DNA of 63,930 nucleotides, counting the filler. It is 6 parts of 6 records of this genome, joined end to end, with 100 filler letters (N's around TTAATTAATTAA, not from the genome) between each part and the next. Parts side by side here need not be neighbours in the genome. Positions count along the whole stretch, not along the records: positions 57,181 to 63,930 come from SRR31147125_37590; 5 more parts are not named here. The stretch is one strand, 5' to 3'. The translations under genes and the position numbers were made by a program. The notes under the pieces are model-generated. The model made no database searches, was not told the origin of the DNA, and saw only the letters and a list, made by a program, of their open reading frames with translations. Positions 62,299 through 63,930 of the stretch are shown one piece after another. Numbering within the stretch: the first letter of the stretch is position 1; every line of letters begins with the position of its first letter.

Positions 62299-63530
62299 CT
62301 ATGTTTCAATTTGCTCCATTGTATCTTCTGTTTCAGCGCTTATAGCCTCAACTTCTTTTTCACTTTCATGGCCAATTCCTAGCCATTTATCTCTTCCCAA
62401 ATCAATTAAGTATAAAGCAACAGCTTGTACAGGAAACATTCCTGCCCTATATATTTCCATTGTTGTTATTGATACAAGTAACAAATAAGCCAAAAACATA
62501 TGCAGGTAGAAGTATTCCGGAGGGATTTTTATAAAATCCTCAGCACATAAAATAGAATTCCTAATAATGCGATTAATCCGATAACAAAGTAAAAGCCAAT
62601 TAAACCAAGGTCGACCCAGTAAAATCCATAAAGTTTAATTAATTGAGACATTTGATTTGCATATGGACCATATGCTCCGGGTAGTCCCCCGCCAAAAATG
62701 TAATAAGAGAAATTTTGGGGATATACCTGGGTAAAATATTCATATTGCAATCGTCGTATATAATTCTCTCCCTGATCTTGCTGTTCTTCGGTGGTTTTAA
62801 TCATATTATCTACAATAACGGCAGTGCTTCCATATTGAAGAAGCCCAAGAAACAGAACCACAGCTAAAACAATCATTAAATAGTTCGCCAGTGAGTATTT
62901 TACAAATACCAGAAATGTAATCCCTGACAATAAAATAGCCCCTGCGGTTAAAGTCCTAAAACCACTTTTTAGCAAGACAATAAAAAAGAGTAATGCAAAT
63001 AAAATTTGCCATATCTTTCGTTGCAGAAGATATCGATTGAGAAGCATAAAATATGCAAGCATCATAAATCCATTACCTTCAATTCGAATGCGGATTGTTC
63101 CTCTATCCTCAAACATATTCCCAGCAAATAACCGTTTTGGAAATACGGCTACCTGCCTTAGATAAAACAACGCATACAACACAGCCAATACTATTACGAT
63201 TGTCTCAATATCCTTTTTATCAATTTTTTCATCATGCAAAAAGAAATATAAAATAATGAAGTAGAAACTAAACCCAGACAGAATCGTATCTTTCATTCCC
63301 TGGCCATTATTTACATTAGCAGATATAAAGTTTGCTATTAATCCTATCAGATAAAGAAAAATAGCCCATCTGAATCGTAGGTTATTAGTATTTATAGTCC
63401 TAAACAAACTAAATCCCATAACTCCCAGAGAAGCAACATTGGTAAGTTTAAAAATGCTAGGATTTATACCAACATAACCCCAAAAATGGATTGAGCATAA
63501 TAGAATAAGTACAACTTTGGTTTGCTTCAT
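62299..63530 (-). CDS. Wzy-like polysaccharide polymerase; frameshift near 62530-62545
   Basis: About 11 TM helices, ENYIR periplasmic loop, DLGLIG; continues in another frame as IKIPPEYFYLHMFLAYLLL to stop 62299. Confidence 0.65.
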
Positions 63531-63663
63531 TAATTATATATCCGGTTAATTATAATTGCTTGATAGACAATTAAAAATCAATATTTTCACCTTGTCTAAA
63601 ATTTTATTAAGTATAGAAAACACATGAATAAAGTTGATGTTTATACTGAAATGATGTTTTCAT

Positions 63664-63930
63664 CTATAAAACAAGGTTATTGGTCAAACTTTTCATCATT
63701 CTGTTGTAATCTATAAGTTGATTTTCTGAGAACTTCATACATTTTGCTCTATCAAATTTTTCAACTGATTTTAGAATCATTGATACATCGGGGAATGAGT
63801 ATTTCTTTCCAAGTGTTGTTGTACGATTGTTCTCAAATCCTGCTTTTTTTAGTATATGATATATTTTACTTGATTTTTCATTTACCTGGTATTTATATTT
63901 AACTATTCCATAAGAGTCGAAACAGAAAAA
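63664..63930 (-). CDS. C-terminal fragment, probably polysaccharide pyruvyl transferase family
   Basis: Manual translation FFCFDSYGIVKYKYQVNEKSSKIYHILKKAG...LVL*; context in the polysaccharide locus. Confidence 0.5.
   Translation of the reverse strand, partial: FFCFDSYGIVKYKYQVNEKSSKIYHILKKAGFENNRTTTLGKKYSFPDVSMILKSVEKFDRAKCMKFSENQLIDYNRMMKSLTNNLVL

Noticed and set aside
1-63930. CRISPR arrays, rRNA, tRNA, integrases or intact transposases
   Set aside because: None seen on reading either strand.

Overview
The window is a concatenation of six unrelated contigs joined by 100-bp artificial spacers (N44-TTAATTAATTAA-N44). (1) 1-5518, Desulfobacterales-like: ettA (partial), a Ski2/HelY-type helicase and an OPT-like transporter. 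(2) 5619-13119, Bacteroidales-like: a CpXC/TPR protein with a membrane-anchored partner, a NucA-type nuclease, a ceramidase-like protein and maeB. (3) 13220-25573: flagellar locus (flgE, flgL, flgK, flgN-like, fliD, ECF sigma, fliC) with unusually large, acidic subunits. FlgL and FliC share an internal repeat, and FliD carries a discoidin-like insert. (4) 25674-46199, deltaproteobacterial-like: pldA, TRAP dctP, a ThDP enzyme, homoserine dehydrogenase, and a co-oriented locus of giant RTX adhesin, DUF3467, GAF-HlyD, M50 peptidase-HlyD, truncated SecA-like ATPase and MFP, with no ABC transporter. This candidate SecA-powered type-I-like secretion system is the strongest lead. (5) 46300-57080: Bacteroidota sulfated-glycan utilisation cluster (three sulfatases, GH97, GH110-like, GH29, susC) whose two promoters share a 21-bp-period direct-repeat operator. 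(6) 57181-63930: Bacteroidota polysaccharide biosynthesis genes. Many genes carry single-base frameshifts in homopolymer runs, most likely sequencing errors. Taxonomic assignments are impressions from gene content and composition only.
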